Source: Candidatus Geothermarchaeota archaeon (GTDB lineage: Archaea > Thermoproteota > Nitrososphaeria > Geothermarchaeales > JDFR-13). Taken from it: DNA of 64,000 nucleotides. Shown here piece after piece: positions 44,313 to 53,242 of this stretch; position 1 is the stretch's first letter; every line of letters starts with the position of its first letter. The notes beneath the pieces were generated by a model that was not told where the DNA came from, did no database searches, and worked only from the letters and a program-made list of their open reading frames with translations. The stretch is taken from the NCBI GenBank assembly GCA_015523545.1, contig WAKB01000001.1, positions 66,159 through 130,158 on the forward strand. Reading direction: 5' to 3'. Made by a program: the position numbers and the translations under genes.

Positions 44313-45488
44313 TCACCTCGAGAGGATGGATACATATGCGTACTGCCCGACACCACCTATGTTGTGGGTCAGGCCTACACCCCTCCTTATAACGGCCTGC
44401 CTACCCCTCTCCGCCTCACCACGGAGCTGCTTAACGATCTCTACATACATAGCCACTCCGGTTGCCCCTACCGGGTGGCCCTTAGCCTTCAGGCCACCGT
44501 CTAGGTTCACCTGCACCTCTCCCCCCACATATGTCTGCTCCTCCCTGATAAGCTCCACGCCACGCCCACGCTCGGCGAAGCCCAGATCCTCATAGGCCAG
44601 GATCTCAGCTATGGTGAAGCAGTCATGTACCGTTGCCACGTCTATATCTGACCTAGGATCCTCGATCCCCGCGGCTCTATAGGCCTTCTCAGCCGCCCTC
44701 CTGGCAGACTCTATTGATGTGTAGTCAGCCCTACCCGTAAGGCTGGCAGGCATGGATGAGTAGCCTATCCCCCTTATCCATATAGGGGTATCAACACCTA
44801 GCTCCCTGATCGAGTCCTCACTACTTATGACCACTGCTGCTGAGCCATCTGTGATAGGGCTACAGTCATAGAGCTTTATCGGCCTCGCTATATACCTACT
44901 CCCCATACACTCCTCGAGGCTTATCTCCCTCTGGTACTGGGCCTTCGGATTCCTAGCCCCGTAGAAATGGTTCTTCACAGCTACTCGGCAGAAGTCCTCC
45001 TCCGTAGCCCCATACTCATGCATATACCTAGTCATGAACAGGGCGTAGTAGCCTGGGAAGGTTATGCCGTAGTCCCTCACCTCCCAGAAGTATGATCCCA
45101 GCCTAGCCAGATACTCAACCGCACCCGGGGTCCCGAACTCGTTCATCTTCTCAAGCCCTATGACGAGCACGTTCCTAGCCGCACCACTACGAACCATGTT
45201 ATAGGCTGTGTAGATACCTGCACTCCCCGAGGCACAGGCCGCCTCCACCCTATGCACAGCTATAGGGTTGAGCCCTAGATGCTCGATATAGACCCCTGCA
45301 GGGCTAAACTCGGGTGTGAAACCCGTGCTCGTAAAGACGATGTAGTCTATATCCTCAGGCGATACGTAGCCCTCGTCCCACACCTCACGTACAGCCTCCT
45401 CCACAAGCTCGAATATATTGACGTCGGTCCTCCTACCGAAGCGGGAGATGCCTATTGATGCTACCCCTACCCTCATCCCAATCCACAT
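44313..45488 (-). CDS. thiolase (acetyl-CoA C-acyltransferase, SCP-x/archaeal type)
   Basis: 391 aa with active-site Cys context EAACASGSAGI and C-terminal GHPVGATG / NIGG. Confidence 0.88.
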   Translation of the reverse strand: MWIGMRVGVASIGISRFGRRTDVNIFELVEEAVREVWDEGYVSPEDIDYIVFTSTGFTPEFSPAGVYIEHLGLNPIAVHRVEAACASGSAGIYTAYNMVRSGAARNVLVIGLEKMNEFGTPGAVEYLARLGSYFWEVRDYGITFPGYYALFMTRYMHEYGATEEDFCRVAVKNHFYGARNPKAQYQREISLEECMGSRYIARPIKLYDCSPITDGSAAVVISSEDSIRELGVDTPIWIRGIGYSSMPASLTGRADYTSIESARRAAEKAYRAAGIEDPRSDIDVATVHDCFTIAEILAYEDLGFAERGRGVELIREEQTYVGGEVQVNLDGGLKAKGHPVGATGVAMYVEIVKQLRGEAERGRQAVIRRGVGLTHNIGGVGQYAYVSILSR

Positions 45489-45518
45489 GATTGTATAGGG
45501 GGTTTACAACCCATAAGT

Positions 45519-45953
45519 CTATACTGTGAATATCCATCCATACCCAAGGTATGCTAAGGCGAGTAGGATGACTACCCCCAATAGGAATCCCAGCTTCCTA
45601 CCGGATAGGAGCATGATACCAGAGGGTAGATGAACAGCCCCGAGGAGTGGTAGCACCGTGAACCATTCACGAGGCTCTAGAGTCATCAGGGCAGTATAGA
45701 CAGCCGGGGTCAGTATCAGAACTACCCCTAATGCCTTGGCCAATGCTCCGTCTCCATATACAGCTATGCTCCCTATCAGGATGAGGATCGATGAGAAGAG
45801 GTAGAGACCCCCTCCTATCAGGGCTATCACGAGGAACAGGCCTATAGCTCCAAGTCCACCCTTGAAGTCAGAGAGTCCTCTTAGGAAGTACCATCCAACA
45901 AGGGAGAGGATCTCCCCCGACACTATTAGGAGAATGCCTACCCGACGCGACAC
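45519..45953 (-). CDS. polytopic small membrane protein, hypothetical
   Basis: 144 aa with four hydrophobic helices. Confidence 0.6.
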   Translation of the reverse strand: MSRRVGILLIVSGEILSLVGWYFLRGLSDFKGGLGAIGLFLVIALIGGGLYLFSSILILIGSIAVYGDGALAKALGVVLILTPAVYTALMTLEPREWFTVLPLLGAVHLPSGIMLLSGRKLGFLLGVVILLALAYLGYGWIFTV

Positions 45954-45989
45954 ACCAAGTAAATGGGTTGGGAGGGATAAATTAATGGG

Positions 45990-47219
45990 TTACCCCCTGA
46001 TATACTCCCTCCCAATATAGTCCCTCGCTATGATGATCTTCATGATGTTCTGACCGCCCTCAGCCCCCACCAGGTAGCTCAGTATCCCTAGCCATCCACG
46101 GTAGACGTTGGACTCCTTCATATAGCTGTAGGCACCCATCCACTTCATAACCTCCTCATAGATCCGGGCAGCAGTCTCAGGCCCCTTATACTTCGCCAGT
46201 GCCACGGGGATATTAAGGTCCTTGGGGTTGAGGGTTGGGTCACCCTCACGGTATATCCTGTCAACCATCCAGGCGGCTCTGAGCGTGAAGAGCCTGGCGG
46301 CCTCCAGCTCGGCGTAGAGCTCGGAGAACCTCATGTATATCCCCTGGAAGGATGAGAGTCTACGCCCGTTGAAGAGCCGCCTATTACGTATCCACTCGAC
46401 ACCCTGGTCCAACGCCCACCTAGCACTACCTACACAGGCGGCTGCCACGAGGATCCTGGCTATGTTGAACCCCTCCATCAATATGTAGAAGCCCTTCCCC
46501 TCCTCACCAACCCTATACCTATCCTCTATAGGGAAGCCCTCAACCTTAAAGCCGCCCGTGGAGAGGCCTCCCCTACCGATCTCCTCAAAAATTGTGTAGT
46601 CTATCTCGCCTAGGAGCTCACCATTCCTCCTCGGGAGGAAGGCGAAGGTCGTTATGTTCCTATGCCCATAGTCGAGGCTCCCAGTCTTAGATACGAGGAG
46701 CCATCCACCACCGTCGAGCTGCTCCAAAACCTCGCGGACACCGCTTATATAGATCTTCTCACCACTAACCCTCCAGACCCCATCGCCCTTCTCAGCAAAC
46801 GTCTTTATCCCAGCCACGTCAGAGCCTCCATGGGCCTCTGTAGAGGCTATCCCGAAGAAATACTCCCCCTTAACCACCCTAGGCAGCACCTCAGCCTTCA
46901 CATCATCGTTGGCATAGAGCTGTAGGAGGTATGGCCACCCATTGTTCAGGAGTACATAGACCGCTATCGCCACTGCGGGGTCGTGATAGGCGAGCTCCTC
47001 TATCGCGAGGGCCGTCCTTAGATAGGTCTCGCCCAGGCCTCCATACTCCTCGGAGATCGGCATACCCAGGAGGCCCTGCTCCCCCATCCTCCTGATGAGG
47101 TCCGTGGGTATCACGCCCGACTCGTCGATCTCCACCCACCTAGGCTCTATATACTCCTTGGCAAACTCGGCTACATTCCTCTTGAAGAGCTCATCCTCCC
47201 TCGATAGGCTGAAGTCCAT
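45990..47219 (-). CDS. acyl-CoA dehydrogenase
   Basis: From the internal ATG at 47219 the sequence reads MDFSLSREDELFKRNVAEFAKEYIEP..., a typical ACAD N-terminus. The 34-aa extension to 47321 would overlap the upstream permease gene. Confidence 0.85.
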   Translation of the reverse strand: MDFSLSREDELFKRNVAEFAKEYIEPRWVEIDESGVIPTDLIRRMGEQGLLGMPISEEYGGLGETYLRTALAIEELAYHDPAVAIAVYVLLNNGWPYLLQLYANDDVKAEVLPRVVKGEYFFGIASTEAHGGSDVAGIKTFAEKGDGVWRVSGEKIYISGVREVLEQLDGGGWLLVSKTGSLDYGHRNITTFAFLPRRNGELLGEIDYTIFEEIGRGGLSTGGFKVEGFPIEDRYRVGEEGKGFYILMEGFNIARILVAAACVGSARWALDQGVEWIRNRRLFNGRRLSSFQGIYMRFSELYAELEAARLFTLRAAWMVDRIYREGDPTLNPKDLNIPVALAKYKGPETAARIYEEVMKWMGAYSYMKESNVYRGWLGILSYLVGAEGGQNIMKIIIARDYIGREYIRG

Positions 47220-47268
47220 CTCACGACACCTAGGTATTAGATCCCGGATCCCCGTATTTATTGCCAGC

Positions 47269-48129
47269 CTACTCGCCCCGCCTCCTATATGGCATGCCCA
47301 GCGTCCTAGGAGCCCCGACAAGCCTCCTTAGTCTGGGTATGTGGAGCATGGTGAGGAAGATTATTGTTGCTACATAGGGTGTGGTCGAGGCTAGGCGTGA
47401 GTCTATGGGTAGATCCAATACCTGGACGAGTATTCCCGCCTGGGTCAATAGGCCGAATAGATGTGAGACTGGCAGGGCCAACAATGGGTTCCATAGGGAG
47501 GTTATCACAAGTGCGAGGGCTATCCATCCCCTCCCACCAGATACGCCGAAGCTCCACACCGGGATGAGAGACAGGGTGAGCTTCGCACCCGCCAAGCCGA
47601 CGATGAACCCGCCTATAACGACTATGTAGAGCCTAAGCCTATACACGTCGTAGCCGAGGTAGTCCAGCCCCTCAGGATTATCCCCAAGACCCCTGATGAC
47701 GAGGCCGGCCTTAGTCCTACTCAGTATGATATAGAGGGTCGGAGCCAGGAGATATGCCGATAGCGTCAGGATGTCTAGCATAGGTAGGATGTGGGGAAGC
47801 TTCTCAACCTCAATACCCGTGAAACCACTTCCCAGCGCACTGCTCAGGCCTAGGCCTATGAAGAGGACGGCTAATCCGCTTAGGACCTGGTCGCCCCTGA
47901 GGTATATGCTTAGGAAGCCATGGATAGAGGCCAGGATGGATCCGACTAGTCCAGCCAGGATAATGGCTACCAAGTGGCTCCCAGTGGAGATGTAGATAGC
48001 TACCGCTGTGAGGGCGGATAGGGATATAATCCCCTCGACACCCAGGTTTAGTATCCCAGCCCTCTCCTTCAACAGCTCCCCCAGCGACGCTAGTAGGAGT
48101 ATTGTGGAGGAGTCTATCACAAGCTGCAT
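47269..48129 (-). CDS. ABC transporter permease (BMP/nucleoside-sugar type, BPD_transp_2)
   Basis: Polytopic protein. The Met at 48129 overlaps the upstream permease stop as TAATG, which I verified by hand. Confidence 0.85.
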   Translation of the reverse strand: MQLVIDSSTILLLASLGELLKERAGILNLGVEGIISLSALTAVAIYISTGSHLVAIILAGLVGSILASIHGFLSIYLRGDQVLSGLAVLFIGLGLSSALGSGFTGIEVEKLPHILPMLDILTLSAYLLAPTLYIILSRTKAGLVIRGLGDNPEGLDYLGYDVYRLRLYIVVIGGFIVGLAGAKLTLSLIPVWSFGVSGGRGWIALALVITSLWNPLLALPVSHLFGLLTQAGILVQVLDLPIDSRLASTTPYVATIIFLTMLHIPRLRRLVGAPRTLGMPYRRRGE

Positions 48130-49157
48130 TATAGCCTCCTGGCCAGCCATCCAATCCACCTCTCCATGTACTGGGTGGAGACGAGCATAGCGAGGAGGAG
48201 GCCTGTCATCAGGTATGTAGCCTCCGTAGGTATATCTGCCACTATAGCCAGGGTATATGAGCCGTATAGGAAGCCTGCGAAGAGTATAGAGGCTATGGGG
48301 ACTATCAGTGGATGGTTATAGGCTAGTAGGGCGACTATAATAGCCGTGTATCCAAGGCCGGAGGAGAACCTCGGCATCAGTCTATAGTAGCTTCCGAGGA
48401 AGTCCCCCGCTCCGGCCAGGCCAGCTAGGAGGCCACTTATGAAGAGGCCACCCACTATTATAGCCCTCCTGTCATACCCGGCATACTCAGCCGCCTCACG
48501 GTTGAGACCGTAGACCCTCAGTTTGAAGCCGTACCTCGTGTGGAAGAGGAGGTAGTATAGAGCAGGCGCAATTAGGAGCATGATGGCCAGGCCCCCGACG
48601 AAGCCACCTACCTCAGGCAGCCTATAGGCACCGGGTATCTCAGGCGTGACGGGGAACCCGGTCTGGGGATCCCTCCAGACGCCATAGACCACGTAGTAGA
48701 GGAGGTATAGAGCCACGTAGTTCAGCATGAGGGTCGTGAGCACCTCGTTGACGCCGAGCCTCCACCTCAATACTCCCGGGATAGCAGCATATAGACCCCC
48801 TGTCAACGCACCGATGAGGAGCGGCGCCAACGGCCCGCCTTGCTGGAGACCCAGTACATAGACTACATAGCCCGCGGCCAGCCCTCCAAGGACATACTGC
48901 CCCTCCGCACCTATGTTCCATAGACCCGCTCTGAAGACTATGGATAGGCCTAGGGATATTATCCCCAAGGCCGAGGCAAGCCTCATCGTCTCCCTCAGTC
49001 CATAGGGGTCTAGGAAGGCGTTCCTAAACATCTTGGTATAGGCCTCCACAGGGTCTCCACCGTATAGGATGATCACCCCGCTATACACAGCCACCGCTAT
49101 GGACACAGCCAGTATAGTGGCTACCCCCCTATATATCTGCATAGGGCTCAGCTCCAC
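48129..49157 (-). CDS. ABC transporter permease (BMP/nucleoside-sugar type)
   Basis: 342 aa, polytopic. NIGAEGQ is typical of this permease family. Confidence 0.85.
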   Translation of the reverse strand: MELSPMQIYRGVATILAVSIAVAVYSGVIILYGGDPVEAYTKMFRNAFLDPYGLRETMRLASALGIISLGLSIVFRAGLWNIGAEGQYVLGGLAAGYVVYVLGLQQGGPLAPLLIGALTGGLYAAIPGVLRWRLGVNEVLTTLMLNYVALYLLYYVVYGVWRDPQTGFPVTPEIPGAYRLPEVGGFVGGLAIMLLIAPALYYLLFHTRYGFKLRVYGLNREAAEYAGYDRRAIIVGGLFISGLLAGLAGAGDFLGSYYRLMPRFSSGLGYTAIIVALLAYNHPLIVPIASILFAGFLYGSYTLAIVADIPTEATYLMTGLLLAMLVSTQYMERWIGWLARRL

Positions 49158-50464
49158 CCTATCCCCGACATAAGCATCTTCAGACGATCCACATCAGCCT
49201 CATCAGCCGATACAGGCTCTGAGACCCGACCCCTATAGACCACCGATATCATACCACCCAGCATCAAAGCCTCCTCCATATCCTCCGTGAAGTATATGAC
49301 CTCACACCCCCGCTCCACAGCATCCCAGACCCTCCTATGGACTAGGGCCATACTCCTCATGTCAAGGCCCCGGGTGGGATACATCAGGACACACCTATCC
49401 TCGGAAAGCTCTACCTCCCTACCCACTATGAACCTCTGCATATTACCACCGGATAGACGGTCTATAGGGGTATAGATATCCCTAGCCACGACCTCATAGG
49501 ACCTTACAATCCTTAGGGTGAGACCTTCATAATCAATATCCTGGTCCAGAACCCTAAACCTCACGTTGTCGACTAGGGACATCCCTGGAACCATGGCGCT
49601 ATAGGGATTCCCGGGGACATAGCCGGTGAAGCCTCTTGAGCCCGATAGATACTTCCTAGCCAGCTCCTCCTGCCCGTTACCCTCGATTCCGAGAAAGACC
49701 CTCAACATGGGGGAGATACGCCTCATTGAGGAGGCTTCTAGATACTCCTCCCCCCTAAACATCAACCTGTATAGCTTCTCAACCTCATCCACACCACCGG
49801 AATAGGCTACCTGGCCATCCCTCAGTACAGTCACCCTGTCACATATCTCGACAACCTCATCCAGCCTATGGGATATGAATATGAAGGAGTATCCAGCCCC
49901 CCTCAACGTCTTCAATAGCCTGGATAGGTCCTCCACCTCTACGGGGGACATCACAGAGGTCGGCTCGTCAAGTATCACTATCTTGGCTCCAGTAGCGAGG
50001 GCCCTCAAAACCTCTATCTTCTTCACCATACCCCTCTCAAGCCTCTCAACAGGGGTATCGAGATCCACATCTATGCCCAGCTCATCAACCAATCTATAGA
50101 CCCTATCCACAGCCTCGGCACCATTGGACAGCCTTATGTTATCCAAGCCGGTCAGCGTAGGTATCAATACGTTGTGCTGGGGAACCATGAATATCCCGTG
50201 TCTCCGCGCATCCTGGGGACTCGCTATACGTGTCTTGACACCCTGTATATATATCTCACCAGCAGATGGCCGGACAACTCCATAAAGCACATGGACGAAG
50301 CTCGTCTTACCAGCCCCATTCTCACCAACCAGTCCGTGTATCTCACCCTCGTAGAGGGTTAGGGAGACACCCTTGTTCGCGACAGTACCGTCGCTATAGA
50401 CTACCCATATGTTCCTAGCCTTGAGGAGGGGGCTACTCCTCCCCTGGGAGGTCACCCACAACAC
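49148..50464 (-). CDS. ABC transporter ATP-binding protein with duplicated NBDs (second NBD shortened)
   Basis: NBD1 has GENGAGKTS and VILDEPTS. NBD2 has GIEGNGQEEL, LSGGNMQRF and VLMYPTRGLD. At 438 aa it is shorter than the roughly 500 aa I recall for this family. Confidence 0.8.
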   Translation of the reverse strand: MLWVTSQGRSSPLLKARNIWVVYSDGTVANKGVSLTLYEGEIHGLVGENGAGKTSFVHVLYGVVRPSAGEIYIQGVKTRIASPQDARRHGIFMVPQHNVLIPTLTGLDNIRLSNGAEAVDRVYRLVDELGIDVDLDTPVERLERGMVKKIEVLRALATGAKIVILDEPTSVMSPVEVEDLSRLLKTLRGAGYSFIFISHRLDEVVEICDRVTVLRDGQVAYSGGVDEVEKLYRLMFRGEEYLEASSMRRISPMLRVFLGIEGNGQEELARKYLSGSRGFTGYVPGNPYSAMVPGMSLVDNVRFRVLDQDIDYEGLTLRIVRSYEVVARDIYTPIDRLSGGNMQRFIVGREVELSEDRCVLMYPTRGLDMRSMALVHRRVWDAVERGCEVIYFTEDMEEALMLGGMISVVYRGRVSEPVSADEADVDRLKMLMSGIGWS

Positions 50465-51572
50465 CCTCTAGGAACCACTTCATGCTGAGGAGCTCCGACT
50501 TGGTCAGCTGCCTACCAGGCTCCGCCCTAACCCTCCCCCGCCTATCAACCAACGGTCCGGTGAACGGCTCAAAACTATTCTCAACCATTAAATCCCTGAT
50601 CCTAAGTATCTCCTCCTTAACCTCCTCTGGTACAACATCGGATATTGGGGATATCTCGACGGCACCCTCATAGAAACCCCACCAGTAATCCTTGCTCTCC
50701 CATACACCAGTATATGCCCTTATAAGCACATCCTCATAGATCACGCCCCAGTTTGCTAGATGCCCTGTGAGGTGGGCGTTGGGGCCATACCTAGACATGT
50801 CGCTATAGTGGCTAAAGCTATAAACACCGTTTTCCTCAGCAACCTGGAGAACGGTGGGTGTATCCTCTGTAAAGGCAAGAACGTCGCATCCAATGCCTAT
50901 TAGCTGCTCCGCTGCGGCACGGGCGGCCTCGGGGTTAAACCATGCGTTTATCCATATCACATAGGTCTCCACATCTGGATTAACCCTCCTTGCCCCTAGG
51001 TGGAAGGCGTTGATATGCCTTATAACCTCTGGTATTGGGTGGGCGGCCACATAGCCAAGTTTATTAGACTCGGTCACAGCCCCAGCAGCCAAACCGGTGA
51101 GGTAGAAGGGCTGGTACATACGTACGAAGTATGTACCTACGTTCTCCCTTCTCTTGTAGCCAGAGCAGTGCATGAATATCCTGTCTGGATATCTCTTACC
51201 AGCCTCTATAGTATCGTCCATATAGCCGAAGCTAGTCGTGAATATGACCTCATAACCCTCATTAACTAGCTGTGTAATCACCGGTAGAGACTCATTCTCA
51301 GGAACGGACTCCACATACTCAGTCTCGAGGAAATCCAGCCTCTCAGCTACGTATCTCCTCCCAAGATCATGGGCATATGTCCATCCAAAGTCCTCTACAT
51401 TAGATATATAGATCCACGCTGCTCGGAGGACGTCCTTCTCCCCAGCGGGTGAGGGAACCTCGGCAACCTTACTTTCAGCGGATAGGGCTCCAGCCAGATA
51501 TCCACCTGCCAAGCCAGCCACACCAGCACCAAAGACCTTTATGAACTCACGCCTATCACTCATCCTAGACAC
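50433..51572 (-). CDS. BMP-family (PnrA/Med-like) ABC substrate-binding protein with a twin-arginine-like signal
   Basis: N-terminus MSRMSDRREFIKVFGAGVAGLAGG, followed by a periplasmic-binding-protein type I layout. Confidence 0.8.
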   Translation of the reverse strand: MSRMSDRREFIKVFGAGVAGLAGGYLAGALSAESKVAEVPSPAGEKDVLRAAWIYISNVEDFGWTYAHDLGRRYVAERLDFLETEYVESVPENESLPVITQLVNEGYEVIFTTSFGYMDDTIEAGKRYPDRIFMHCSGYKRRENVGTYFVRMYQPFYLTGLAAGAVTESNKLGYVAAHPIPEVIRHINAFHLGARRVNPDVETYVIWINAWFNPEAARAAAEQLIGIGCDVLAFTEDTPTVLQVAEENGVYSFSHYSDMSRYGPNAHLTGHLANWGVIYEDVLIRAYTGVWESKDYWWGFYEGAVEISPISDVVPEEVKEEILRIRDLMVENSFEPFTGPLVDRRGRVRAEPGRQLTKSELLSMKWFLEGVVGDLPGEE

Positions 51573-51596
51573 CTTTACAAAAATGTTTAAAACAGG

Positions 51597-51624
51597 GATT
51601 TTAAATAAAAATGATTTTTAAATA
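51597..51624. promoter_or_regulatory. two direct A/T-rich boxes (gattttaaata / gatttttaaata) in the divergent promoter region
   Basis: The boxes sit at 51597-51607 and 51613-51624, inside the 147-nt AT-rich spacer between the ABC importer operon and the HTH-PRT regulator gene. Confidence 0.4.
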
Positions 51625-51719
51625 TATAGTTAAAGTGTTAGAGGATTCCCCAACAGCTTTAACGATATGCTTAAATAATGGGGGTGAGATTATTTTGGGA
51701 GACTGGATAATTTAAAGGG

Positions 51720-52460
51720 TTGTTTAAAATGAAGATGAAGTATGGATACATAGTCAAGACGATGTATTTCAGGGAGCTGCTGAGACAGGCTAAGAAGCTT
51801 TATAGTTGGGAGCAGATAAGGGAGAGGACTGGTATAGCCCCCTCCACCCTGAGTAGATATCTACATGGGCGGATCATTCCGAGCCCCGAGAGGTTAGACA
51901 AGCTGATAAACATTCTGGAGGAAATGGTTGATATTAAGGAGCTTATACTTAGCTACCTAGCTACGGATAGGTACGGATACCTCAACAACCAGAGAATTAT
52001 AAGCGACATAGGTCTTCTCAAGTTTATAGCAATAAAGACCAGCGTGAAATACGGCGGCATGCCAGACGTAGTCCTAAGCCCAGCTACAGATGGGGTTCCC
52101 TACGCAACCCTCGTGGCCGAGTATCTAGGAACCCCACTAGTCATAGCTAAGGATAGAAAGGAGGTGGGTGTCCAGAGACATATAGAGGCCACTGTCATCA
52201 ATGAGGACGGTAGTGTAAGGACGCTATACATAGCCAGGGGCCTGATAAACAAGAACTATAGAGTATTGATAGTCGACGACGTTATCAGGACCGGTGAGAC
52301 ACATAGAGCTCTGCTTCAGCTGGTGAAGAGAGCTGGGGCGATACCCATCGGTATCCACGTGATAGTATCTGTGGGAGAAAGGTGGAGAAGCCTAGTTGAG
52401 GAACACTCTATAACCGTGGACGCCATAGTTCAGATAGGTTCGCGGCTCGGACAAGGCTGA
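51720..52460 (+). CDS. HTH domain fused to a phosphoribosyltransferase domain (PurR/GfcR-like putative regulator)
   Basis: The HTH is YSWEQIRERTGIAPSTLSRYLHGRIIPSPERL and the PRPP-binding loop is YRVLIVDDVIRTGETH. TTG at 51720, ATG at 51729. Confidence 0.75.
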   Translation: MFKMKMKYGYIVKTMYFRELLRQAKKLYSWEQIRERTGIAPSTLSRYLHGRIIPSPERLDKLINILEEMVDIKELILSYLATDRYGYLNNQRIISDIGLLKFIAIKTSVKYGGMPDVVLSPATDGVPYATLVAEYLGTPLVIAKDRKEVGVQRHIEATVINEDGSVRTLYIARGLINKNYRVLIVDDVIRTGETHRALLQLVKRAGAIPIGIHVIVSVGERWRSLVEEHSITVDAIVQIGSRLGQG

Positions 52461-52642
52461 ATACGTCATCCCCCGGGGCAGGTCAGCTCCGGGTAGTGTC
52501 GTCATAGCCACTCATCAATATCTACAGGAGTTCCTGATAAGACTTCTACTCATTTTCAATACTGAAGACGAATACACTACCTTGATACATGAATAGCTGG
52601 ATACCCCGTTAAATCCAATCCAACCCTTACTATCTCTATGCG

Positions 52643-53242
52643 ATGAGGAGGAGCAAGTATATAGCCCTCACCTCAGTATTTGGAGGCCTAGCAATCCTAA
52701 CCTCTATCTCCGGCTTCTCTAGAATACTGGTATATCCCCTCGTCCCATACTTGAGGTTCGACCCTGCAGAGATCTTCATAGTTATCGCATATCTCATAGG
52801 AGGGATATCCATCGGGCTGACAACCTCGGTTATACACTTTGTGGGTCTCATGTTACTGGCGGATGAGCCTATAGGCCCAGTGATGAAGTTCCTAGCAGTC
52901 GGGTCTATGCTCCTAGGATTAGAGATGAGTAGAAGACTCGGCCTAGGCAGGTTGAAGACCTACGTCTTTACAACCGGTGTAAGGGTCTTCACCATGACGC
53001 TTGTAAATGCGGTTGTTCTATACATCCTATTCCCCAGCTTCCTAGATTTCTTCCACGGCTATGTATCTGGCCTAGGCCTTGAAGGTGCCCTCTCAGCTCT
53101 ATTCATAGCCCTCATACTCACAGGTATCTACAACGCGATACACACTGTATTTACACTCATACCCTCAGAGACTGTGGTGGCGAAGATAATACCCATCATA
53201 TCTCCTGTATCACCCTTACAACGTCGAGGCGACGAACCTTGA
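52643..53242 (+). CDS. ECF-transporter S-component-like membrane protein
   Basis: 199 aa with about 5-6 helices. LTSVFGGLAILTS...LRFDPAEIFIVIAYLIGG resembles the RibU-type substrate-capture subunit pattern. Confidence 0.55.
   Translation: MRRSKYIALTSVFGGLAILTSISGFSRILVYPLVPYLRFDPAEIFIVIAYLIGGISIGLTTSVIHFVGLMLLADEPIGPVMKFLAVGSMLLGLEMSRRLGLGRLKTYVFTTGVRVFTMTLVNAVVLYILFPSFLDFFHGYVSGLGLEGALSALFIALILTGIYNAIHTVFTLIPSETVVAKIIPIISPVSPLQRRGDEP

Noticed and set aside
47220-47321. 34-aa N-terminal extension of the second acyl-CoA dehydrogenase ORF
   Set aside because: It would overlap the upstream permease gene by about 50 nt. The internal Met gives a textbook ACAD N-terminus (MDFSLSREDELFKRNVAEF).
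52461-52642. Riboswitch upstream of the ECF S-component-like gene
   Set aside because: There is only a weak 5-bp stem (CCCGG/CCGGG). I could not recognise conserved FMN, TPP, cobalamin or preQ1 core sequences. A covariance-model scan would be needed for any claim.
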